A stretch of 64,000 nucleotides of DNA from Gemmatimonadota bacterium (GTDB lineage Bacteria > Gemmatimonadota > Gemmatimonadetes > Gemmatimonadales > GWC2-71-9), in contig JBDHAN010000009.1 in the NCBI GenBank assembly GCA_039588055.1, forward strand, positions 257 to 64,256. Direction: 5' to 3'. Positions within the stretch are counted from its first letter, which is position 1. Each line of letters opens with the position of its first letter. The translations under genes were made by a program, and so were the position numbers. A model generated the notes under the pieces. The model saw nothing but the letters and a program-made list of their open reading frames with translations. It was not told where the DNA came from and did not search any database. Positions 29,247 through 37,792 of this stretch are shown piece by piece.

Positions 29247-30032
29247 ATGCAAATGCAAGAACCATCAGCGGTTGGACGAATCATCGAGCTCGTGCGCGAT
29301 CTGCGGCAGCGGTGCCCCTGGGACCGCGCGCAGACGCGAGCCACCCTCAGACCCTACCTGGTCGAGGAGGTGCTCGAGCTGGATCACGCGCTCTCGACTG
29401 GAGATGCCGCACGGATCCTCGAGGAGCTGGGGGACGTCCTCCTCCACGTCGCCTTTCAAGTGGTGCTCGGTGAGGAGGCAAACCAGTTCGGCGCCGAGGA
29501 TCTCGCGCGATCCGTCGATCGCAAGATGTGGCGCCGGCATCCCCATCTCTTCAACGAACAGGGCGATGCGCGAAGCGGCGGCCACATCGAAGACACGTGG
29601 GAGCAGACCAAGATCGCCGAAGTGGACTCGGACGAGGCAAGCGTCCTGGACGGCTTGCCGCCGACGCTCCCCGCACTGCTCAAAGCCTTCCGACTGCAGG
29701 AACGAGCGGCTGGGGTCGGCTTCGACTGGCCCGACGCCCGGGGTCCTCTCGAGAAGGTTCACGAGGAGGTGGAAGAGCTCTCTCACGAGATGGAGGCCTC
29801 GGAGCACGCACCGGACGTCATCGATGAAGAGATCGGGGATCTCTTTTTCGCAGCCGTCAACCTCGCCCGCAAGCTCGGCTCCGACCCGCGAGCCGCGCTC
29901 GAACGCGCCAATGCCAAGTTCGAGCGTCGGTTTCGTCAGATCGAACAGTTGACCCGTGAGCGCGGGATCGACATGGGCCGCGCGACGCTGGAGGAGCTGG
30001 ATGGGTTGTGGGAGGAGGTGAAGAAAAGATAG
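29247..30032 (+). CDS. mazG: Nucleoside triphosphate pyrophosphohydrolase MazG
   Basis: ORF 29205..30032. RIIELVRDLRQRCPWDRAQT...YLVEEVLEL...ELGDVLLHV...EEIGDLFFA (two MazG EExxE repeats). ATG at 29247 chosen. Confidence 0.88.
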   Translation: MQMQEPSAVGRIIELVRDLRQRCPWDRAQTRATLRPYLVEEVLELDHALSTGDAARILEELGDVLLHVAFQVVLGEEANQFGAEDLARSVDRKMWRRHPHLFNEQGDARSGGHIEDTWEQTKIAEVDSDEASVLDGLPPTLPALLKAFRLQERAAGVGFDWPDARGPLEKVHEEVEELSHEMEASEHAPDVIDEEIGDLFFAAVNLARKLGSDPRAALERANAKFERRFRQIEQLTRERGIDMGRATLEELDGLWEEVKKR

Positions 30033-30036
30033 TTGT

Positions 30037-30081
30037 CAGTTATCAGTGAACTGAAGACTGAGAGCTGTAAACCGATAACTG
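30037..30081. other. Lower-GC convergent spacer with an 8-bp inverted repeat (CAGTTATC ... GATAACTG), a weak candidate bidirectional terminator
   Basis: Seen directly between the mazG stop and the asnS stop. The ~29-nt loop makes a canonical terminator doubtful. Confidence 0.2.
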
Positions 30082-30082
30082 G

Positions 30083-31378
30083 CTACGGATACAACTTCGT
30101 GATCATCCGCGGGAACGCGATGGCTTCCCGGATGTGCTGGATGCCGCAGATCCACGCGATGGTTCGCTCGACGCCGAGTCCAAACCCTGAGTGCACGTAG
30201 GTACCGTACTGCCGGAGGTCGAGGTACCAGCGGTAGTTCTCCTCAGGCAGGCTCAGCTCACGAATGCGGGAGAGGAGCTTGGCGCCGTCATCCTCACGCT
30301 GGCTCCCACCGATGATCTCACCGTACCCTTCCGGTGCTAGACAGTCGTTGTTGAGAACCGTTCGGGGGTCATCGGGGTTCTCCTTCATGTAGAACGCTCG
30401 AACGGCCTTGGGGTAGTTGAACACGAAGACCGGCCGGTCGAAGTCCTTCGCCAACGTCGTTTCCTCGTCGGCGCCGAGGTCGGCACCCCACGTAATGTCG
30501 GTGCCAAGCCCTTGGAGCTTCCCGATCGCGTCACTGTAGGAGATGCGGTGAAACGGTGGCGCCACACGCTCGAGGGGCGCAGTGTCCCGCTCGAGCTCGG
30601 CCAAGTCTTCCGAGCGACGGTCGAGACACCGAGCCACGATGTACGAAACGAACTCTTCCTGGAGACGCATGTTATCGTTTGAGTCGTACCACGCCATCTC
30701 GGGCTCGACCATCCAGAACTCGGTGAGGTGCCGGCGAGTCTTGGACTTCTCGGCGCGAAAGGTCGGCCCGAAGCAGTACACGCGACTGAGTGCCGCCGCA
30801 GCAGCCTCGAGATAGAGTTGACCCGTTTGCGCGAGAAAGGCCTTACCGAGATCGAAGTATTCTGTCTCGAAGAGCGTGCCAGCCGATTCGCCAATCGCGC
30901 CCGTGAGAATCGGCGTGTCGACCAGCACGAAGTCGCGCTCGTAGAAGAAGTCACGGATCGCCTGGACAACCTCATGTCGCACACGCATGATCGCGGTCTG
31001 ACGGCGACTCCGTAACCACAGGTGACGATGCTCGAACAGGAAGGCCGTGCCGTGTTCCTTGGGCGTGATCGGGAAGTCGACACTCGGGCCCAGCGTCTCG
31101 AAGGCTGCGACGGTCAGCTCGACGCCCCCGGGCGAACGCGAGTCGGCCTGCACCGATCCGGTGACGGCTACCGACGATTCCTGATCCGCGCGGCGGAAGC
31201 TTTCCCACGCTTCAGGATCCGCGTCGGCCTTGGACAGCACGCACTGGAGGAAGCCCGTGCCGTCGCGAAGCACGAGGAAGGCGATCTTCCCGCTCGACCG
31301 GGTCGTGGTGACCCACCCACGGACGGTGACGGTCTCGCCGACGTGCGACGGAAGATCGACAATGTACGGCGACGACAT
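30083..31378 (-). CDS. asnS: Asparagine--tRNA ligase
   Basis: 431 aa from ATG (cat 31376-31378) within the 627-aa ORF: MSSPYIVDL...VRGWVTTTRSSGKIAFLVLRDGTGFLQ...FGPTFRAEKSKTRRHLTEFWMVEPE...GGSQRE...GFGLGVERT (class II motifs). Confidence 0.93.
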   Translation of the reverse strand: MSSPYIVDLPSHVGETVTVRGWVTTTRSSGKIAFLVLRDGTGFLQCVLSKADADPEAWESFRRADQESSVAVTGSVQADSRSPGGVELTVAAFETLGPSVDFPITPKEHGTAFLFEHRHLWLRSRRQTAIMRVRHEVVQAIRDFFYERDFVLVDTPILTGAIGESAGTLFETEYFDLGKAFLAQTGQLYLEAAAAALSRVYCFGPTFRAEKSKTRRHLTEFWMVEPEMAWYDSNDNMRLQEEFVSYIVARCLDRRSEDLAELERDTAPLERVAPPFHRISYSDAIGKLQGLGTDITWGADLGADEETTLAKDFDRPVFVFNYPKAVRAFYMKENPDDPRTVLNNDCLAPEGYGEIIGGSQREDDGAKLLSRIRELSLPEENYRWYLDLRQYGTYVHSGFGLGVERTIAWICGIQHIREAIAFPRMITKLYP

Positions 31379-31441
31379 AGGGCCGAAATCGTAGCCCTCG
31401 CCTTCATCAGTGTCAACGCGTTCGGCTGCCCCGCTATACGC

Positions 31442-32536
31442 GTGCCGCCGCCGGCGCAAGAGCTTCAAACGTGGACCACCTACCTCGCCAGCCTTTCTCG
31501 CGCCCCGTCGGCCAACGAGGTCGTGCCCACCGATCCCCAACCCACGATCGCCTTCGACGTGGGTCGCGCCCCGTCGGGAGGGGTCGCCATCGGTGACAGC
31601 GTCATCGTGGCGCTCACGAGCGACAAGCGTCTCGCCGTGCTGCGACGCACAACCGGCGACCTCGTATGGCGGCGGCGGATTGCGGGGCCGGGAGCCGCCG
31701 GACCGCTTTTCATGGGCCGCCAGGTGTTTGTCGCCAGCGGCGATCGTGACGGAGCTGTAGAGGCCTACGACCTCCGACGGGGGAAGCGCCTGTGGTCTCG
31801 ACCCGTCGGCCCGGTCAGTGGGCCCCTCGGCGCGATCGGCCACGCCGTGTATGCAGCGACGTCGACGGGACGACTCGTGGCGCTCGACACGACTCGGGGA
31901 GATCCACTGTGGACCAGGGAGTTCCGCCACCCGCTCCGGGCAGGTGTCACCGTGGTCGGGCCGCACCTCTTCGTGGCCAGCGACGACTCATTGTTTCTGG
32001 TGCTGCGACGAACCGGGGAGCGCGCCGCTGCTGCGAGGAGCATCGGGGCTGTGCGACGACCGCCCGCGATTTCGGGCCGACTCCTCGTCACGGCGTCGCC
32101 GGACGGAATAGTCGCTGCCTACGCGCTCCCCACACTCGAGAGGCGTTGGCAACGCTCCGTAGCGAGCCCCGTCTTCGGCAGCCCCAGCATTGCACGCGAC
32201 ACGGTGTTCGTCGCAACACTGGACGGCGGTCTGTGGCGCATTCCGCTCGACGCGCCGTCCCAGGCCTCCGTACAGGATTTGGGCACACCGATGCGGGCGA
32301 CACCGGCGCCCGTGTCCGGCGGGGTGCTGGTCGGTACCTTATCCGGTGAGGTGCTCTTTCTCACGTCGGAAGGAGCGCCTCCAGCGTGGAGACTCGAGGT
32401 GAACGGCCCGCTCGAAGAGCCGCCGGTGGTTTGGCGCGGCACGGTCTATCTCATCGACGGGACCGGCCAGATCCGGGCCTGGGACTCGCACGGATCCGAC
32501 CCGGTGGAACGCGATCGGTCAAATGGCGTATGGTAG
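31442..32536 (+). CDS. PQQ-like beta-propeller repeat protein (BamB-like fold); start codon uncertain
   Basis: Distal part of ORF 31022..32536, with repeated ...G.L.ALD..TG...W motifs (GRLVALDTTRGDPLWT, GIVAAYALPTLERRWQ, GQIRAWD). The GTG at 31442 is the first start downstream of asnS. No clear signal peptide. Confidence 0.6.
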   Translation: MPPPAQELQTWTTYLASLSRAPSANEVVPTDPQPTIAFDVGRAPSGGVAIGDSVIVALTSDKRLAVLRRTTGDLVWRRRIAGPGAAGPLFMGRQVFVASGDRDGAVEAYDLRRGKRLWSRPVGPVSGPLGAIGHAVYAATSTGRLVALDTTRGDPLWTREFRHPLRAGVTVVGPHLFVASDDSLFLVLRRTGERAAAARSIGAVRRPPAISGRLLVTASPDGIVAAYALPTLERRWQRSVASPVFGSPSIARDTVFVATLDGGLWRIPLDAPSQASVQDLGTPMRATPAPVSGGVLVGTLSGEVLFLTSEGAPPAWRLEVNGPLEEPPVVWRGTVYLIDGTGQIRAWDSHGSDPVERDRSNGVW

Positions 32537-33056
32537 GATTGTGATGCGACGATACGTCTCCGCCTGGCTCACGACGACCGCCCTGTTCTGTGGTGTTGTC
32601 ACCTCAAGCACATCGTCGCTGCAAGCGCAGGACCTCGATCAGAGCTCCTCTCGCCCCTTCATCGCCCAGGTGTCCCATTGGGGACGTTGGGTGACGCTGC
32701 TCGGCGCTGGTGGCTTGATCGCCGTTGCTGCAGTTCGGCACGGCGAGGCACAGGACGCCTTGGCAGGTTTGGAGGAGTTCTGTGAGCAGGACTTGTCGGC
32801 GTGCACGGTGGTGCCGGGCGCGTCCGGCGGCGAGGCGTATGCGAGCGAGGCAGCGGAAGCCATGTATCAGGAGTACGCCGCACTCGAGCGACACGCGCGG
32901 GGATTCCTGCTCGGCGGTCAGGCGTCTCTACTGGCGTCCGGAACCATGTTCCTCATCGATCTGTTGCACGACAGCGGGGACTTCGACAACATCCCGTACA
33001 CGCCACTCGAGCTCTACACGAGCCCGAGGCAACTCGGACTCGCCGTTCGTTTTTGA
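32523..33056 (+). CDS. Hypothetical secreted/membrane protein
   Basis: 177 aa. Signal-like MRRYVSAWLTTTALFCGVVTSSTSSLQAQD, an internal TM (WVTLLGAGGLIAVAAV) and a C-terminal F. No motif recognised. Confidence 0.45.
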   Translation: MAYGRIVMRRYVSAWLTTTALFCGVVTSSTSSLQAQDLDQSSSRPFIAQVSHWGRWVTLLGAGGLIAVAAVRHGEAQDALAGLEEFCEQDLSACTVVPGASGGEAYASEAAEAMYQEYAALERHARGFLLGGQASLLASGTMFLIDLLHDSGDFDNIPYTPLELYTSPRQLGLAVRF

Positions 33057-33101
33057 GCGTCCTCGTCCGGTTAAGGCGTTCACCCAACCAAGGAGTCACC
33101 A

Positions 33102-33434
33102 ATGGCAAGTGAGCTCGCAGCCAAGCAGTGCATCCCGTGCAGAGGCGGCGTTCCGCCGCTCGAGCGCGCGGAGATCGACGCCCTGCTCGACAAACTCGGG
33201 GGTAACTGGACCGTCGTTGACGGCCACCATCTCGCAAAGGAATACAGCTTCCCCGATTTCGTCACGGCGCTCGAGTTCACGAACCGCGTTGGCTCGATCG
33301 CCGAGGAGCAGGGGCATCACCCAGACATCGCTCTCTCGTGGGGCAAGGTCGGTGTCACCATTTGGACGCACAAGATCGACGGCCTCACCGAGAGCGATTT
33401 CATTCTGGCGGCCAAGGCCGACCAAGCGCTCTAG
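33102..33434 (+). CDS. phhB: Pterin-4-alpha-carbinolamine dehydratase
   Basis: 110 aa. CIPCRGG...[27 protein letters not shown]...[16 protein letters not shown] lies 7 nt upstream of the ATG. Confidence 0.88.
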   Translation: MASELAAKQCIPCRGGVPPLERAEIDALLDKLGGNWTVVDGHHLAKEYSFPDFVTALEFTNRVGSIAEEQGHHPDIALSWGKVGVTIWTHKIDGLTESDFILAAKADQAL

Positions 33435-34216
33435 CTCGGTTTGCGCGCGCGCACGAACGCGCTCACAAAGCCTCCGACGCCGGGGACCGTGAAGCGACGC
33501 GTGACCTCCAGATTGACAGCCTCGAACCCAGCGTCCGCGAGTTTGCGGCGGTATTCCGACTCCTCGAGCGCTCCGGACACACAGGCTGACCACAGCTTCA
33601 TACTCTTGCGGGCGGCCTTTCCCAACACGCCTTGCGCGACAATGTCGCTCACCGCGAAGCGTCCTCCGGGGCGGAGCACGCGGAACGCTTCTCCGAGCAC
33701 CGCGTCTTTGTCAGCCGACAAGTTGATGACGCAGTTCGAGATGATGACGTCGACCGAACCGTCAGGCAGCGGGATGTCCTCGATCTCGCCCTTCAGGAAC
33801 TCCACGTTCTCGACGCCGGCCTCTTCCTGATTCTTGCGAGCGAGCTCCAACATTTCGTCGGTCATATCCAATCCGTAGGCCTTGCCGGTGGGGCCGACGC
33901 GTTTGGCAGAGAGTAGGACGTCGATGCCGCCACCCGACCCCAGGTCCAGCACGGTTTCGCCCTGTGCCAGCTCGGCGAGCGCCGCCGGGTTCCCGCAGCC
34001 GAGTGAGCCCTCAACCGCTCCTTGGGGCAGATCCGTCACCTCGCTCGGGTCATAGATCTTGGCGCTTACGGGATCGCACGACGCAAGGGTCCCGCAGCAG
34101 TCAGACCCTCCACCCAGCACCTTGAGTGCTGCATTCGCATAATGGTCGCGAACCGCGGCCTTCACGTCTTTGGTGTTCTTCGCCATCACACTGCTCGCTT
34201 TCTTATCAAGATCCAT
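33431..34216 (-). CDS. arsM: Arsenite S-adenosylmethionine methyltransferase
   Basis: 261 aa. [30 protein letters not shown] (SAM motif I), ISNCVINLS and SACVSGA conserved cysteines. Confidence 0.85.
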   Translation of the reverse strand: MDLDKKASSVMAKNTKDVKAAVRDHYANAALKVLGGGSDCCGTLASCDPVSAKIYDPSEVTDLPQGAVEGSLGCGNPAALAELAQGETVLDLGSGGGIDVLLSAKRVGPTGKAYGLDMTDEMLELARKNQEEAGVENVEFLKGEIEDIPLPDGSVDVIISNCVINLSADKDAVLGEAFRVLRPGGRFAVSDIVAQGVLGKAARKSMKLWSACVSGALEESEYRRKLADAGFEAVNLEVTRRFTVPGVGGFVSAFVRARKPS

Positions 34217-34242
34217 TGATGTATCAGGTCAAAAAAAGAGAC

Positions 34243-34569
34243 CTATCCACAGCACACCTCGAGGCTTCGACCGGCCTTCCGTTGTTCCTTGGCGAGCGTC
34301 GAGAGCGCCTGGGCTGTTTCCTCCAGCCGGTCGGCGTCGAGCGAGTAGAACATCCAGCGGCCTCGGCGCTTCGCCCGAACCAAGCCCGCTTCTTTGAGCG
34401 TCTTCAGGTGATGTGACAGGAGCGGCTGGGCCACGTCGAGCCGGTCGACCAGCTCGCAGACGCATGTCTCCTTCCCTACGAGCACTTCCAGGATGCGGAA
34501 GCGGGTGTCGTCGGACAGCGCTCGGCAGCAGGCGATCGAAATGTTGCGGCGGCTTGTCGCTTTGGGCAT
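34243..34569 (-). CDS. arsR: ArsR/SmtB-family metalloregulator
   Basis: 108 aa. ALSDDTRFRILEVLVGKETCVCELVDRLDVAQPLLSHHLKTLKEAGLV (the CVC metal site within the wHTH). Confidence 0.9.
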   Translation of the reverse strand: MPKATSRRNISIACCRALSDDTRFRILEVLVGKETCVCELVDRLDVAQPLLSHHLKTLKEAGLVRAKRRGRWMFYSLDADRLEETAQALSTLAKEQRKAGRSLEVCCG

Positions 34570-34606
34570 GAGGTTAATATATCAACAATAATTGATATGT
34601 CAATTG
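34570..34606 (-). promoter_or_regulatory. arsRM promoter with overlapping palindromic operator; predicted leaderless arsR mRNA
   Basis: Minus strand reads TTGACA (34603-34598)-N16-TATATT (34581-34576)-AACCTC-ATG. Two palindromes overlap it: ATATCAA-N6-TTGATAT (34579-34598) and AATTGA-N4-TCAATT (34590-34605). It is the only strongly AT-rich patch in this region. Confidence 0.65.
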
Positions 34607-34644
34607 AGGGGTGGAGGGGGTCGGTAGGGGCAGCAGAATAGAAG

Positions 34645-34743
34645 GACGGGAAGGACGGGAAGGACGGGAAGGACGGGAAGGACGGGAACGACGGGAGGGA
34701 CGGGAATGACGGGAGGGACGGGAGGGACGGGAACGACGGGAGT
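34645..34743 (+). repeat. Tandem 9-bp repeat GACGGGARN x11 (first four copies identical); a G3-tract array
   Basis: Read directly: gacgggaag x4, then gacgggaac, gacgggagg, gacgggaat, gacgggagg, gacgggagg, gacgggaac, gacgggagt. It lies between the recG stop and the arsR promoter. Confidence 0.95.
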
Positions 34744-34811
34744 TGAGGTCGACGGCTGTTTGCTGACGGCTGTAGGCTGTTGGCTGAAGACTGACGCCTG
34801 ACGACCTCCCG

Positions 34812-36896
34812 TCACCCCACTCGAAACAACTCGATCCCCCGCTCATACCGCCGCTCGATGCGTCGACGGAGTGCCGCGTGGCGCCGGTCGGTCAGGTTTT
34901 CGTCCGCGGCGATGAGTGCGAGTGCTGTCTTCCGCGCAGCTACAACGAGGTCGCCATCGGTCTCGAGGTTGGCGAATCGCAAGAGAAATCCTCCTGCCTG
35001 TCGAGTCCCGGCCAGCTCGCCCATGCCGCGATCCTTGAGATCGAGCTCCGCGATCTTGAACCCGTCGGTCGTCCGCGCGAACGGTCGCAGTCGATTGCGT
35101 TGGTCCGGCACATCGGTGAGCAACACGCAGTGGCTCTCCTCGGCACCGCGACCCACACGGCCGCGCAGCTGATGCAACTGTGCTAGCCCAAAGCGCTCGG
35201 GGTGCTCGATGACCATCACGGTCGCGTTGGGAACGTCGATGCCGACCTCGATGACCGTGGTAGCCACGAGCACGTGGACCTCGCCGTCCCGAAACGCCCG
35301 CATGACCTTGTCCCGCTCGTCCGCCTTCATTCGTCCGTGCACCAGGGCCACCATGAGCGGGTCCAGCTCCTTCTTCAATAATTCGGCCATCGTCGTTGCG
35401 GCCTTGAGGTCCACTTTCTCCGACTCGTCGATCACCGGATATACGACGTACGCCTGACGACCTGCCTCGCAATTCTCTTTCAGGAACGCGTAGACCTTCT
35501 GCCGCTCCCGACCGGTGCGGAGCCCGGTCTTCACGGGACGCTGCCCCTTGGGCTTCTGCTTGAGCGTCGAGATGTCGAGGTCACCGTAGAGCGTGAGTGC
35601 TAAGGTTCTCGGGATCGGCGTGGCAGAGAGGAGGAGCACATCGGGTGCCTCGCCTTTTTCAATGAGGGCCGCGCGTTGCTCCACACCAAAGCGATGCTGC
35701 TCGTCGATCACGACCAGGCCCAATCGCTGGAAGTCGGTCTGCTCTTGAAACAGCGCGTGCGTCCCCACGATCACGCGCGCCCCTCCTTCGGCGATCCGAC
35801 CGCGGATCGCCGCCTTCTCGGATGCTGACAGCCGACCCAACAGGATCTCGGGCATGATGCCCAGCGGAGCGAGGAACTCCGACAATGTTCGGCCGTGCTG
35901 CTCGGTCAACAGCTCCGTCGGCGCCATGAACACGGCCTGGTAGTCGTTCTCGACAGCGAGCAGCATCGCAAACAGTGCGACCACCGTCTTTCCCGTCCCC
36001 ACGTCTCCCATCAGCAGACGATGCATGCGTTTGTCACCAATCATGTCCTTGGTGATCTCGCGTACCGCTCGCTTCTGGTCGGCCGTCAGCTCGAACGGCA
36101 ACGAGTCTTTGAGCTGCGTGGTGAACGTCTTCGCTAGCTCGAAGTGCGGTCCCTTTTTCGCACTCTTCGCCACGTGTCGCGCGCGGGCGACGACGACCTG
36201 AAGATCAAAGAGTTCGTCGAGCGCCAGGCGGCGCCTTCCAGTCTCGGTGACGGACGGCGATGTGGGACGATGGAGGGCGACAAGCGCTTCCCGAAGGTCC
36301 GTGGCCCCCATCGACTGACGCAACTCTGGCGGCAGCGTGTCCTCGACCGTCTCGAGCATGGCATCCAAGTGCTCGGCGATCAGGCGACGGATCTGGCGAT
36401 GGCTCAACCCCTCCGTCGCGGGGTAGACGGGAAGCACCAACCCTTTGGCCACAGAACCTTCCGCGCCGTTCTCGTCGGCGTCGTCCGCGTCGGCCAGCAC
36501 GATCTGTTCTCGCGGCACGACTTGCCGACCGTGGTAGTACTTGATCGGCCCGGCGACCAGCAGGAGTTGGCCCTGTTGAATCACCCGATCGAGAAACGCC
36601 TGTCCCGGCCACGCACACTCGATGACACCGGTGTCATCGCGCAACACCGCGCGGAAAATCCGCAGGCGCCGCCGAGTCGGAACGATGGCCTTGGACACCA
36701 CGCGACCCACGATCGCCACTTCGCTCCCGACCGACGCCTTGGCGATGGGTGTCACCGACGTCGCGTCCAGATAGCGATGGGGAATGTGATAGAGCAGGTC
36801 TTCGACCGTCGCGATGCCCAGGCGCGCGAACGCTTCGGCCCGCAGTGGTCCCACACCTTTGAGGAACTGCACTGCGGTATCGGGTCTGAGCGCCAT
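34812..36896 (-). CDS. recG: ATP-dependent DNA helicase RecG
   Basis: 694 aa. Wedge/OB N-terminus, helicase motifs LMGDVGTGKT and VVIDEQHRFG, LLLSATPIPRT, HGRMK...VLVATTVIEVGIDVPNATVMVIE, QLRGRVGRG. Confidence 0.93.
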   Translation of the reverse strand: MALRPDTAVQFLKGVGPLRAEAFARLGIATVEDLLYHIPHRYLDATSVTPIAKASVGSEVAIVGRVVSKAIVPTRRRLRIFRAVLRDDTGVIECAWPGQAFLDRVIQQGQLLLVAGPIKYYHGRQVVPREQIVLADADDADENGAEGSVAKGLVLPVYPATEGLSHRQIRRLIAEHLDAMLETVEDTLPPELRQSMGATDLREALVALHRPTSPSVTETGRRRLALDELFDLQVVVARARHVAKSAKKGPHFELAKTFTTQLKDSLPFELTADQKRAVREITKDMIGDKRMHRLLMGDVGTGKTVVALFAMLLAVENDYQAVFMAPTELLTEQHGRTLSEFLAPLGIMPEILLGRLSASEKAAIRGRIAEGGARVIVGTHALFQEQTDFQRLGLVVIDEQHRFGVEQRAALIEKGEAPDVLLLSATPIPRTLALTLYGDLDISTLKQKPKGQRPVKTGLRTGRERQKVYAFLKENCEAGRQAYVVYPVIDESEKVDLKAATTMAELLKKELDPLMVALVHGRMKADERDKVMRAFRDGEVHVLVATTVIEVGIDVPNATVMVIEHPERFGLAQLHQLRGRVGRGAEESHCVLLTDVPDQRNRLRPFARTTDGFKIAELDLKDRGMGELAGTRQAGGFLLRFANLETDGDLVVAARKTALALIAADENLTDRRHAALRRRIERRYERGIELFRVG

Positions 36897-37792
36897 CAGT
36901 CGGCGAGCAACTGTTCGGCGAAACGTTCTGGAGAAAAGACTTCGAGATCGGTCAGCTTCTCTCCGGTGCCAACAAACCGAATGGGCACACCCAACTCCCG
37001 CTGCACGAGGAGCGCCGCGCCACCTTTGGCAGTGCTGTCGAGCTTGGCCAACACGATACCAGTGAGCGGCACCGCCTCAGCAAACGTTCTGCCCTGGCGC
37101 AACGCGTTCTGGCCAATGGTGGCGTCCAGCACCAGCAGGCTCTCATGCGGCGCGCCCGGACTGCGACGGGCTACCACGCGGACGATCTTCTTGAGTTCGT
37201 CCATCAAATCGCCGTGCGTGTGCAACCGACCTGCCGTGTCGATCAACACGACGTCGATGCGCCGGGCCTTCGCCGCCTCGATGGCATCGAAGGCGACGGC
37301 CGCTGGATCGCCACCCTCGGTACCGCCGACATATTCGACGCCGAGTCGCTCGGCCCACACGGCGAGTTGCTCTCGCGCACCCGCCCGATAGGTGTCCGCC
37401 GCCGCCAACAATACCGACTTTCCTTCTCGCCGCAGCCGATCGGCGAGCTTTGCGATGTTGGTTGTCTTCCCGACCCCGTTCACACCCAACACGACGATGA
37501 TCGCCGGTCCGCTTCCATCACCCAGTGTCAGACGCCCTGGATCATCCGGCGTCGGGAGATATTCCGACAGGCGGTCACGCAGCCACGTGCGAACGGCCGG
37601 CACTGATTTGAGTGCACCGCGCCGGAGCTTCTCTTCCAGCTCCTGCGTCACTTCGAACGCGGCAGGCCCGAAATCCGCTTCCACGAGAATGCGCTCCACC
37701 GCTTCCAGCGTGTCGTGGTCGAGGCCGCGGACCAACACGGCGACATCGGTGAGCGCGACGTCCTTGATACGCTTCCACAAGCCACCCCTCAC
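36896..37792 (-). CDS. ftsY: Signal recognition particle receptor FtsY
   Basis: NG domain: VVLGVNGVGKTTNIAKLA, LLAAADTYRAGA, VLIDTAGRL, IVLAKLDSTAKGG. The GTG at 37792 overlaps the upstream stop (GTGA); an alternative ATG lies at 37822; track ORF runs to 38032. Confidence 0.9.
   Translation of the reverse strand: MRGGLWKRIKDVALTDVAVLVRGLDHDTLEAVERILVEADFGPAAFEVTQELEEKLRRGALKSVPAVRTWLRDRLSEYLPTPDDPGRLTLGDGSGPAIIVVLGVNGVGKTTNIAKLADRLRREGKSVLLAAADTYRAGAREQLAVWAERLGVEYVGGTEGGDPAAVAFDAIEAAKARRIDVVLIDTAGRLHTHGDLMDELKKIVRVVARRSPGAPHESLLVLDATIGQNALRQGRTFAEAVPLTGIVLAKLDSTAKGGAALLVQRELGVPIRFVGTGEKLTDLEVFSPERFAEQLLAD

Noticed and set aside
31379-31966. N-terminal 196-aa extension of the asnS ORF (627-aa track ORF)
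   Set aside because: AsnS similarity starts precisely at MSSPYIVDL (ATG 31378). The extension is low-complexity and overlaps the plus-strand propeller gene.
34645-34743. Possible CRISPR array
   Set aside because: The units are 9 bp and directly abutting with no spacers, and there are no cas genes in the window.
34574-34846. 90-aa (SRPSRPSRP...) and 71-aa (VPPVPPV...LPVLPVL) minus-strand ORFs
   Set aside because: They are simply translations of the 9-bp tandem repeat. They overlap the recG 3' end and the arsR promoter, and they have no RBS and no non-repeat domain. They are treated as a DNA repeat, not as genes.
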